A stretch of DNA of 64,000 bases from Candidatus Saccharimonadales bacterium (lineage in GTDB: Bacteria > Patescibacteriota > Saccharimonadia > Saccharimonadales > UBA4665): the NCBI GenBank assembly GCA_035480575.1, contig DATIHR010000022.1, positions 750 through 64,749 on the forward strand. Direction: 5' to 3'. The notes under the pieces are model-generated. The model did no database searches, was not told the origin of the DNA, and saw only the letters and a list, made by a program, of their open reading frames with translations. Of the stretch, positions 39,216 through 47,387 are shown one piece after another. The translations under genes were made by a program, and so were the position numbers. Numbering within the stretch: position 1 is the stretch's first letter; each line of letters starts with the position of its first letter.

Positions 39216-40307
39216 ATGGCAAAACGAGATTATTACGAAGTACTAGGTGTTGGTAAAAACGCGAGCGCAGACGAGATTAAAAAAGCGTTTCGCCGTTTAG
39301 CCGTGCAGCATCACCCCGACAAAGAGGGTGGTGACGAAACCAAGTTCAAGGAAATTAACGAAGCCTACGAGGTATTAAAGGACCAATCTAAGCGCCAGCG
39401 CTACGATCAGTTCGGCCATGCCGGCGTCGGAGGTAGTGCCGCAAGCGATGGTAATCCGTTCGGCGGTGGCTTTAATGGCCAAAACGTAAACTTCGATTTT
39501 GGCGACCTGGGCGATATATTCAGCAACTTTTTTGGTGGCGGCCAACAACAGCGCAGTACCCGCCAGAATCGCGGGCGCGATGTTGAGGTGCGCATTGAGC
39601 TAACCTTCGAACAGGCAGTATTTGGCACCGAAAAAAACATAGCACTCAATATTGACGACACGTGCGAACACTGCAAGGGCACGACTGCGGAGCCAGGACA
39701 CGAACTCAAAACTTGCGAAACCTGTAAAGGCAGCGGGCAAGTGGTGCAGGTAATGCGCACCATATTTGGCAACATTCAGCAGGCCTCTATTTGCCCTACC
39801 TGTAAGGGCCGGGGCAAGATACCCGAAAAGGTATGCACGGTGTGCCACGGCTCGGGCACGCAGCGCAAAGTGCAAGAGTTGACCATTAAGGTGCCGGCCG
39901 GCATAGACGACGGTGCGGTTATACGCTTGCGTGAGCGCGGCGAGGCGGTTGCAGATGGCCCCAAGGGCGATTTGTACGTTAATGTTCGGGTTAAAGCCCA
40001 CAAAAAGTTTACGCGTGAAGGCGATTTAATTTTAAGTGAAGAACATATAGGCATGGTCGAGGCGGCCCTGGGCACTGAAATTGATGTCGATACTGTAGAC
40101 GGCCCCGTACGCATGAAGGTGCCCACTGGTACACAAAGCGGCACCGATTTTAAACTATCCGGCCATGGCGTACCGCATTTGCGTTCCGAGGCGCGCGGTG
40201 CACATATTGTAACGATTATTGTGGATACGCCCACTAAGCTCACGAAGCAGCAGCGTGAACTGCTTGAACAGTTCACAAAAGACACTGGCAAACGCCGTTT
40301 TTGGTAG
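39216..40307 (+). CDS. dnaJ: Chaperone DnaJ
   Basis: J domain with HPD; four CxxCxGxG repeats. Confidence 0.98.
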   Translation: MAKRDYYEVLGVGKNASADEIKKAFRRLAVQHHPDKEGGDETKFKEINEAYEVLKDQSKRQRYDQFGHAGVGGSAASDGNPFGGGFNGQNVNFDFGDLGDIFSNFFGGGQQQRSTRQNRGRDVEVRIELTFEQAVFGTEKNIALNIDDTCEHCKGTTAEPGHELKTCETCKGSGQVVQVMRTIFGNIQQASICPTCKGRGKIPEKVCTVCHGSGTQRKVQELTIKVPAGIDDGAVIRLRERGEAVADGPKGDLYVNVRVKAHKKFTREGDLILSEEHIGMVEAALGTEIDVDTVDGPVRMKVPTGTQSGTDFKLSGHGVPHLRSEARGAHIVTIIVDTPTKLTKQQRELLEQFTKDTGKRRFW

Positions 40308-40314
40308 GGTATCT

Positions 40315-41217
40315 ATGAAAAAGATTCTTATCATTGCTTCCAATGCACCTAAAGATTCGCCAGCCGTCCAGCGTTACCACGAGTTTGCCCCCAAAGATTC
40401 CGAAATTACTGTGCGCTGGCTGTCTGATTTCTTTGCAATATGGGACGGCCAGGCACTGCGGGTAATCGATGCTATTACTGGCGAAGAGCCTACCGGCTAC
40501 GACGTTGTGCATATTGCGGGCTGGAAAAGTCATGCCGACATTGCTTTTGCTCTAGCTACATGGTTAGAGCACCAACAGGTACCATTCGTGGGGCATACGC
40601 TGCTGGACTGGTACGCGGACTCTAAATTGGGCGAGCTTGTCCGGTTAACGACCGCTGGCCTGCCACACCCGCGTAGTTTTTACGCTGACGATAATACTCG
40701 CTTGTTACAACTATACGATTGGGCCGTAGTGCGGTGCGGTTTGCAACTGCCTGTGGTGGTCAAAAGTACGCTTGCATCGCGCGGGGAGCACAACTACTTG
40801 GTGCGCTCCCGCGATGAGCTGGCGGCCTTGCCACTCGATGCAGGCCATCGCTACCTGATTCAGGAATGTATACCGAATAAATGCGACTATCGGTTAGTCG
40901 TACTAGGCGGCAAAACGAAGATAATTATTAGACGCACGCGCCTGAGTGACGACACGCACTTGAATAATATTTCTCAGGGCGCAGATGCAACTTTGGTCGA
41001 CCTAGCAGATTTTCCAGCCGAGGCAATTGCCGTTGCCGAACAGGCTGCTAAAGCATTGGGCCGTGAGGATATTGCGGGTGTGGACTTGCTGCTAGACGAG
41101 CAAACGAATAAGCCATATGTACTTGAGGTTAATCGTACGCCGCATATGTCGCTCGGCGAACCCGCTGCAGTGGCCGCCAAAATGCAGGCATTATTTGCCT
41201 ATCTTGAGAGCGTATAG
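40315..41217 (+). CDS. RimK-like ATP-grasp ligase A (divergent N-terminus)
   Basis: PVVVKS, LIQECI, DYRLVV, HLNNISQG, AGVDL and LEVNRTP. Confidence 0.85.
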   Translation: MKKILIIASNAPKDSPAVQRYHEFAPKDSEITVRWLSDFFAIWDGQALRVIDAITGEEPTGYDVVHIAGWKSHADIAFALATWLEHQQVPFVGHTLLDWYADSKLGELVRLTTAGLPHPRSFYADDNTRLLQLYDWAVVRCGLQLPVVVKSTLASRGEHNYLVRSRDELAALPLDAGHRYLIQECIPNKCDYRLVVLGGKTKIIIRRTRLSDDTHLNNISQGADATLVDLADFPAEAIAVAEQAAKALGREDIAGVDLLLDEQTNKPYVLEVNRTPHMSLGEPAAVAAKMQALFAYLESV

Positions 41218-41252
41218 ACGTAGAAACGGCATAGTTCTGGTACGCTAGGTGT

Positions 41253-42155
41253 ATGAAACAAGTGCTCGTTATTGGCGGTGTTAGTACCGATCCGGCCGAC
41301 GTCGATGAAATAACTGCATTTACGGCTGGAGTCCACTCGCATGCTGGCGATGCGGCCGTGCAGTTTGCGCATCTCGACCAGCTGCAATTTGTGTTTGCGC
41401 CAGGCGATTTTAGAGTGTTTGATGCTAACAATAATTGCCCGCTCAGCGACTACAACCTGGTTATCCTACGTAGCAAAATGCGGACCTATGCGACGCTTGC
41501 CTATTGCCTGAGCCGCTACCTAACAAATGCCGGCATCCCGTTCTTTAATGATTACAGCACGTACTTTACCGGCACTAAACTGGGGCAGACGGTATTGTTC
41601 TACGAGCAGCGGGTGCCATTCTTAAAAACGGTTTATTCGCTGCATCCGGACCTTTTGGTGGCGGCAGCCGAGCAAGAACTGGGACTGCCGTTTATCTTAA
41701 AAGATAGCCGTGGTGCGCAGGGCAAGGCGAACTATCTGGTGCATTCCCTGGACGAAGCGCGCAGCATACTTGCTAGCGGACCAGACATGCAATTTTTGGC
41801 CCAGGAATATTGCCCCACCGACCGTGACTACCGCGTGCTTATTGCCGGGGGTGCAAATATGGTGTTTAGCAGACAGGGTAATCTAGATACGCATTTGCAT
41901 AACACCTCACAGGGCGCATCGGCACGGGTTGCCACCGACGAACTGCCGGAATCGGTTATTGCGGACGCCCGCAAGCTGGCTCGGCGTTTGGGCCTGAGTA
42001 CCGCTGGTATCGATGTCATACCGGGATCACGTGAACATGGCGCAGCGTTTTACTTTTTAGAGATCAACTCTCAGCCGCAGATTTTTACCGGTACGCTCTT
42101 GCCCGAAAAAGCAGCGTTATTTGAGCGCTTTATTGCTCGTCATCTTGGCCAATAG
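41253..42155 (+). CDS. RimK-like ATP-grasp ligase B (divergent N-terminus)
   Basis: PFILKD, LAQEYC, DYRVLI, HLHNTSQG, AGIDV and LEINSQP. Confidence 0.85.
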   Translation: MKQVLVIGGVSTDPADVDEITAFTAGVHSHAGDAAVQFAHLDQLQFVFAPGDFRVFDANNNCPLSDYNLVILRSKMRTYATLAYCLSRYLTNAGIPFFNDYSTYFTGTKLGQTVLFYEQRVPFLKTVYSLHPDLLVAAAEQELGLPFILKDSRGAQGKANYLVHSLDEARSILASGPDMQFLAQEYCPTDRDYRVLIAGGANMVFSRQGNLDTHLHNTSQGASARVATDELPESVIADARKLARRLGLSTAGIDVIPGSREHGAAFYFLEINSQPQIFTGTLLPEKAALFERFIARHLGQ

Positions 42156-43083
42156 GTTTAAACGGTGTCTGGCTCATGATGTACAGCACATTACGGTGCT
42201 CGGACGCTGCAAAGGACATTTTGGTAGCTGTTTTGGCGTGCGCGTTGTGGCGGTCTATTAAGAACGTGCCTTCCTCGCTTACTGATTGTTGGCACTCATC
42301 TTCTATGCGACCGGTTAGTTTATCGGCAAAGTCGGCCAGCCGGCAGCAGACTAAAAACTCCAGCTTGTTGTCTAGGCTAATGCGGTCGTAGTGCTTGGTT
42401 ATTATCTTCTGCATACGTTTCAGCATTTTGACGTATGTTGGCAAGGCGAACTCGGGCAGTTTATGTTCGTAAAAATTAGACTCGGCAATAATGCAGTGGG
42501 TGTAAAAGTATAGACACAGTCGCAGTTCTTCGTCGTCTTTTAAGTTGTAGCCTTTGCCTATTTTGTACAAACGCTTAAGCTTGATGGCATCTTTGCCGTC
42601 CTGACGCAACATAACGCGTTCGTACAGGTATATAAAGTTGATGGCATACGTGGACAGCATGCGCAAGGCATCGGCATCGCGCAGTAGCTTTTTCTCTAGC
42701 GCAGTCAGTTTGTCTTCGTCGACTGCATTAAACAGCGCGTCGCGGGCGTCGATGTCGTAAATTGCCAGCCAGTGCCGTACCCGGAACAAGGCAAGTTCTA
42801 TGCCGCGCAGGCTGGGGTAACGTGTAAAGTACGGCGCACGCAGCTCGTGCCCGTTAACGGCGGTAGTGGGCGCATTGTGTACGATATTTTCTAGCGCCTC
42901 GCGCAGTACGCCGTCGGCGGGAAATTCGGGAACGTACTGTGGACGCAGGCTGTGCAGTACTGCCGTGGCGCGCTCGTCTTGATACCAGGCGTGCAGGCGG
43001 GCCGCATAATGAAACTGTTTTTCTGTGGGCAACTGCGTCAGATAACCGAAGTAATAATCGCGAATACGACCGGCTAGATCCAT
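42130..43083 (-). CDS. DUF3541-like alpha-helical protein
   Basis: KQFHYAARL, YFYTHCIIAESNFY and EHRNVLYIM resemble DUF3541 motifs as recalled; not searched. Confidence 0.5.
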   Translation of the reverse strand: MDLAGRIRDYYFGYLTQLPTEKQFHYAARLHAWYQDERATAVLHSLRPQYVPEFPADGVLREALENIVHNAPTTAVNGHELRAPYFTRYPSLRGIELALFRVRHWLAIYDIDARDALFNAVDEDKLTALEKKLLRDADALRMLSTYAINFIYLYERVMLRQDGKDAIKLKRLYKIGKGYNLKDDEELRLCLYFYTHCIIAESNFYEHKLPEFALPTYVKMLKRMQKIITKHYDRISLDNKLEFLVCCRLADFADKLTGRIEDECQQSVSEEGTFLIDRHNAHAKTATKMSFAASEHRNVLYIMSQTPFKPIGQDDEQ

Positions 43084-43154
43084 ATCGGTATAATAGCATG
43101 AGAAGTACTATGGGTATTGAAGCATAACGGTTTTTATGTTATAGTTAACAGTCT

Positions 43155-43649
43155 ATGCCAAGTAGCATTCCAAAGAAAAAAATTATCGGCCGCGTTGAAC
43201 AAGTCATTTTCCCTTTTATAGGGCAGCAGCCGGTGCACGCACGCATTGATACGGGCGCGCAGACATCGGCTATCTGGGCGTCGGTTATCACGCAGCAAGA
43301 TGGACGGCTGGGCGTCGTCTTTTTTGGCAAGGGGCACCCGCTGTACGACGGAGTCGTGCATTATTTTGATGATTTTACGTACGGCATGGTGACAAGTTCT
43401 AATGGCCAGGCCGAGCCACGGTACAAAATACGGCTGTCTATTAAGCTGGGCGGCAAGCGTATCCGCGCAAGATTTACGCTTGCCGATCGCAGCACCCAAG
43501 TGTACCCTGTGCTTATCGGCCGTAATATCTTGCGTGGCAAGTTTGTTGTTGATGTCAAGCAAGGTACAGCACTGAAAACCGCAGAGCGTATACATTCTGC
43601 AGCCCTCCAGTCCCGCCTTGAGCGGCCGGTGAAAGAAATAGATTCATGA
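43155..43649 (+). CDS. RimB-like retropepsin-type aspartic protease (DUF785/ATP-dependent zinc protease family)
   Basis: ARIDTGA, FTLADRS and YPVLIGRN; overlaps the rimK start. Confidence 0.85.
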   Translation: MPSSIPKKKIIGRVEQVIFPFIGQQPVHARIDTGAQTSAIWASVITQQDGRLGVVFFGKGHPLYDGVVHYFDDFTYGMVTSSNGQAEPRYKIRLSIKLGGKRIRARFTLADRSTQVYPVLIGRNILRGKFVVDVKQGTALKTAERIHSAALQSRLERPVKEIDS

Positions 43650-44551
43650 AGATAGCAATTTTATCTAAAGGTGCCGCTAACTACACCACGAAGCGACTCA
43701 AGGAAGAGGCGATTAAGCGTGGGCACGACGTTAAGGTTATTAACTACGCCAAGTGCTACATGATTATCGAAAAGGGCCACCCCAAGGTGTACTACAAGGG
43801 GAAAGTTCTTGAGGGCTTCGATGCTATTATTCCGCGCATTGCCCAAAGTTACACCAAGTATGGTGGCGCAGTTGTCCGGCAGTTCGAAGTGCAGGACGTC
43901 TACACCACTGCTAAGTCTATTGCTATCGACCGCTCCCGCAACAAGTTGCGCGCTTACCAAATACTTGCAAAAGCCGGTGTTGGTGTACCTAAGACGGTGT
44001 TCGCTCGTGAAACCGCCGACCTAGAGGACGTTATTGCCAAGGCTGGTGGTGCCCCCTTAATTGTTAAAGTCGCCCGTGGCACGCATGGCAATGGTGTGGT
44101 GCTCGCTGAAACGCATAAGGCCGCCAAGGCTGTAATGCAGGCATTTTACGTCGAGGGCGTGACGTTCTTGGTGCAGGAATTCATTAAAGAATCTGCCGGT
44201 ACCGATATCCGTGCCATTGTCGTTGGCAGCCAGGTCGTAGCAAGCATTAAACGTCAAAGCCTGGACGACGATTTCCGTTCCAATACCCACCAAGGCGGCG
44301 TAGGTAAAACAGTTAAGCTAACGCCTGAGGAAGAGCGCACGGCAATTAAGGCGGCCAAGGCTATGGGCCTGCCGGTATGTGCTGTTGATATGATGCGTTC
44401 GGCTCGCGGGCCACTCGTTTTAGAGGTTAACTCGTCAGGTAGTATTAAGACGCCAGAACTACTTACAAAACGCAACTTAGCTGGTAAAATTATTGAGTAT
44501 ATAGAGCAGAACGCGAAACAACGCAACCGCAAAGATCGCGTTGGCGCATAA
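43646..44551 (+). CDS. rimK: Alpha-L-glutamate ligase RimK
   Basis: MKIAILS...YTTKRL, DAIIPRI, VQEFIKE, FRSNTHQGG and LEVNSS. Confidence 0.92.
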   Translation: MKIAILSKGAANYTTKRLKEEAIKRGHDVKVINYAKCYMIIEKGHPKVYYKGKVLEGFDAIIPRIAQSYTKYGGAVVRQFEVQDVYTTAKSIAIDRSRNKLRAYQILAKAGVGVPKTVFARETADLEDVIAKAGGAPLIVKVARGTHGNGVVLAETHKAAKAVMQAFYVEGVTFLVQEFIKESAGTDIRAIVVGSQVVASIKRQSLDDDFRSNTHQGGVGKTVKLTPEEERTAIKAAKAMGLPVCAVDMMRSARGPLVLEVNSSGSIKTPELLTKRNLAGKIIEYIEQNAKQRNRKDRVGA

Positions 44552-44577
44552 CATCCGTTGCACGGAGGAATAATTAG

Positions 44578-45015
44578 GTGTCCACGTTTAACTGGCGACC
44601 CTTACTGGTTGCCTGGATTGTTGTAGCAGTAGTGGTTTGGGAGGCTTGGCCACGCCAGGCGACAACGGTGCTGGCAGTGGGCACCCAGCGGTACAAACTC
44701 GAAACCATCACTACTCCCCAGGCAATGATTAAAGGTTTGGGTGGTAGAACCAGTTTGGCTAGAAATGCAGGTATGTTGTTCGCGTACGATCAATCGGCAC
44801 CAAACCGCTGTTTCTGGATGCGCGGTATGCGTTTCCCGCTCGACATTATGTGGCTGGATACGTATAAGCGCGTGGTGCACGTCGAGCAAGGCTTGTCGCC
44901 AAAAACCTACCCGAAAGAATTCTGTGCACCCCAAACATCACAATACGTCATAGAGCTCAACGCAGGCGAAGTACACCGTAGCCATATTGGCATTGGCCAG
45001 ACCCTCTCCTTCTAG
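44578..45015 (+). CDS. DUF192 family protein
   Basis: GLGGR...GMLF...FWMRGMRFPLDI...YVIELNAG. Confidence 0.9.
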   Translation: MSTFNWRPLLVAWIVVAVVVWEAWPRQATTVLAVGTQRYKLETITTPQAMIKGLGGRTSLARNAGMLFAYDQSAPNRCFWMRGMRFPLDIMWLDTYKRVVHVEQGLSPKTYPKEFCAPQTSQYVIELNAGEVHRSHIGIGQTLSF

Positions 45016-45052
45016 TTATCGCGGTAGAGACGCGTGATATTATAAGCATAAG

Positions 45053-45550
45053 ATGGATGCTAACATCAGCCTGATTGTTGCGCTTGCCGTGCCTGCTGTT
45101 TTACTTCTAGCGCTTCGTATAAACGCCGCCATGGTGTTTTTGAGCTTGTGTCTTGGGCAAGTGATGGTGCTGTATGTGGCCACTGCAGCTACTGACATAC
45201 TAAAGGGGTCAATTCACGGTATTAGCCAGGCGAGTACCAGTACTATGCAACTTGCAGTGCTATTGGCGCCTGCGGCAGTTACGGCCATTCTTGGCGCGCT
45301 CAGTGTACATGGCAAGCTTAAAAATATTGGCAATTTTTTCCCGGCCGTGGGGGCAAGTGCGCTTGCCGTCTTGCTGGCAGTGCCGCTCTTGCCGACTACG
45401 GTTCGCCTGGCAGTCCAGTCCGAACCGGCATGGGATATATTAGCGAATGCTGAGGCGCTTGTTGTCGGTGTGGGCGGTTTAGTAAGCCTGATGTTTTTGT
45501 GGAGTATGCGCCGCCATTTAAAATCGCCAGAGAAACACAAAAAACATTAA
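45053..45550 (+). CDS. Integral membrane protein
   Basis: 165 aa, about 5 hydrophobic helices. Confidence 0.7.
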   Translation: MDANISLIVALAVPAVLLLALRINAAMVFLSLCLGQVMVLYVATAATDILKGSIHGISQASTSTMQLAVLLAPAAVTAILGALSVHGKLKNIGNFFPAVGASALAVLLAVPLLPTTVRLAVQSEPAWDILANAEALVVGVGGLVSLMFLWSMRRHLKSPEKHKKH

Positions 45551-45591
45551 TATGGCACCTGGGGATTGCCAGGCGGGTTGTTGCAGGAAAG

Positions 45592-45855
45592 TTAGTAATG
45601 AAACCGGCAGCCGATAACCTGGATTTCGGTATCGGTAACCGCATACACGAGCCTGTTCTTTTCGTCTACGCGTCTTGACCAAAATCCGGAATAGTTTTCC
45701 TTGAGGGGCTCCGGCTTGCCTATTCCATTAAATGGATCCCGCCCAGTATCGGCGATGAGCTTGTTGATTTTTTTAAGTGTCTTTTTATCTTGGTTGGCCC
45801 AGAATTGGTAATCATCCCACCCTTGGGGTGTAAACAATATATTTCGCTGTGCCAT
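45592..45855 (-). CDS. yoeB: Txe/YoeB toxin
   Basis: GIGKPEPLK, GFWSRRVDEKNRLVY and C-terminal RFHY. Confidence 0.95.
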   Translation of the reverse strand: MAQRNILFTPQGWDDYQFWANQDKKTLKKINKLIADTGRDPFNGIGKPEPLKENYSGFWSRRVDEKNRLVYAVTDTEIQVIGCRFHY

Positions 45856-45856
45856 C

Positions 45857-46111
45857 TTAGTTTTCTACAAGGTTGTGCTTTTCCAGTTCGCCTTTACGTA
45901 GTGCAGCGATGGAATGTTCTAGGTGTTTGCGGTTAGCGGGACTGCTGTTTAAATAATCGGTTTCTGCTTTGGAATTGTATTCATCCAGAGTCATGACCAC
46001 CACTGTTTGGCCGTCGTTGCGGGTAATAAGTAATACGTCTCGGTCCTCGATAACTTTATCGAAATAACCCTTAGTGTCTTTGCGAAATTTAGAAATAGAT
46101 GTGACGTTCAT
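45857..46111 (-). CDS. yefM: Phd/YefM antitoxin
   Basis: Phd fold; ETDYLNSSPANRKHL. Confidence 0.92.
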   Translation of the reverse strand: MNVTSISKFRKDTKGYFDKVIEDRDVLLITRNDGQTVVVMTLDEYNSKAETDYLNSSPANRKHLEHSIAALRKGELEKHNLVEN

Positions 46112-46150
46112 AGTACTTTATATAGTACTTTAGGGCGTACGTTGTGTCAA
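46111..46150 (-). promoter_or_regulatory. yefM-yoeB promoter and operator
   Basis: TTGACA-17-TACTAT; two TAAAGTACTA direct repeats 12 bp apart, each with a palindromic AGTACT core. Confidence 0.8.
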
Positions 46151-46360
46151 TGGTCGTAGAAGTGGAATAGTGGCCTTTGGCCTTTTCCGTTGTGGCGTGC
46201 TCGGTGCAGCAATTTAGCACTGATCGTAGACAAGCATTCTTACCTCGCTTTGCTCGGATAGCTCGCTCACGGCTAAAGCCTACCGCTTGGCCAAGCTAAG
46301 AAAACTCACCATGCCACTGGCATGGTTCGACCTACGGTTCGAATCCCACTGGCGCGACCA
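46151..46360. repeat. Palindrome-rich element ending in an inverted tRNA 3'-end copy
   Basis: GGTTCGAATCCCACTGGCGCGACCA at 46336-46360; imperfect complement at 46151-46169; internal small hairpins. Confidence 0.7.
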
Positions 46361-46395
46361 ATAAAAAAGCCCCAGCTTTGCTGAGGCGTTTTTAT
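46361..46395. terminator. Bidirectional-type terminator downstream of tRNA-Lys
   Basis: ATAAAAAAGCCCCAGC-TTT-GCTGAGGCGTTTTTAT. Confidence 0.8.
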
Positions 46396-46472
46396 TGGAG
46401 GGCCCAGTGGGATTCGAACCCACGACACGCGGCTTAAAAGGCCGCTGCTCTAACCTGCTGAGCTATGGGCCC
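46396..46472 (-). tRNA. tRNA-Lys (UUU)
   Basis: GGGCCCATAGCTCAGCAGGTTAGAGCAGCGGCCTTTTAAGCCGCGTGTCGTGGGTTCGAATCCCACTGGGCCCTCCA; TTGACT-17-GATAAT promoter. Confidence 0.95.
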
Positions 46473-46558
46473 ATTCTTGACGAAGCCAAAAATGGCGAGC
46501 AAATAACAGGGTACATTATCCTAAAAACAGAGGCAAAAGTCAATCCGTGTTGGTTTTT

Positions 46559-46945
46559 TTATGACTTCTTAATTTTCTCTAGCAGCCACGCAGTGGCGGC
46601 GTCGCGGTCTTCGAAATACCGTACTCGGTAACTTTGGCCGACTGCCCGTAGCATGAGGTTGGTGCCAAAGCGCATGATAAGGCCTTTGCCAAGCATGGCC
46701 GCGCGGTCGTAGTCCAGCCGTTTGGCTAGCTCCACAACTAGGTTGCGCCCGTCGGCACCAACGGCACCAAGCCCCAGCAGATTGTCTAATATAAGGGCGG
46801 GTTTGCCCGTTGCCCTTTGGCTGGTTATGAGTGCGTCGACCTCGCGGCCCATGAGTTCAATAGAGGTTGCGGTTTGCGGTCCGGAGGTTACGATTTCTAT
46901 AATTCCATCTTCGTTTAGGATTACTTTATTTTGCAGCATACCCAT
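46559..46945 (-). CDS. SpoIIAA/STAS-SEC14-like protein
   Basis: LILDNL..LG...RAAMLG...VRYFEDRDAATAWL. Confidence 0.7.
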   Translation of the reverse strand: MGMLQNKVILNEDGIIEIVTSGPQTATSIELMGREVDALITSQRATGKPALILDNLLGLGAVGADGRNLVVELAKRLDYDRAAMLGKGLIMRFGTNLMLRAVGQSYRVRYFEDRDAATAWLLEKIKKS

Positions 46946-47006
46946 ATAGTAAAAGTCATTGCAGTGGGTCGTCTAGTCGGAAACATTTTGGTATGATGGG
47001 CGATAT

Positions 47007-47339
47007 ATGGGTGGTGCCTCATACGACCTAGACTTTGTAACCAGCAGCCTTACCTGGGGCGAGGGGTTATACACAGAATTTGGGTATGACAAATCGGCCC
47101 CCACTAACAGCGTTGATTGGTGGACCGACCACATACATCCTAACGATGCCATGATATTAAATTATGCCATGGACAAGTTGCTTGATCCGTATGCGCAAAA
47201 CTGGCTTGTCGAGTACCGGTTTAGAAAAGCAGATAACAGCTATGTAGTAGTCGAAGACCAGGCAACGATACACCGCGATAGTGTCGGTAAGGCGATACGG
47301 CTAACGGGTACGCTGACACCACTTGCAACCTATTCGTGA
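47007..47339 (+). CDS. Stand-alone PAS_3 domain protein
   Basis: WWTDHIHPND, EYRFRKADNSYVVVEDQA and IRLTGT. Confidence 0.85.
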   Translation: MGGASYDLDFVTSSLTWGEGLYTEFGYDKSAPTNSVDWWTDHIHPNDAMILNYAMDKLLDPYAQNWLVEYRFRKADNSYVVVEDQATIHRDSVGKAIRLTGTLTPLATYS

Positions 47340-47387
47340 TAGGGTGTTTTTGGTTTAAACACGGCGAGCTGTTGCTACAATGCTCGC

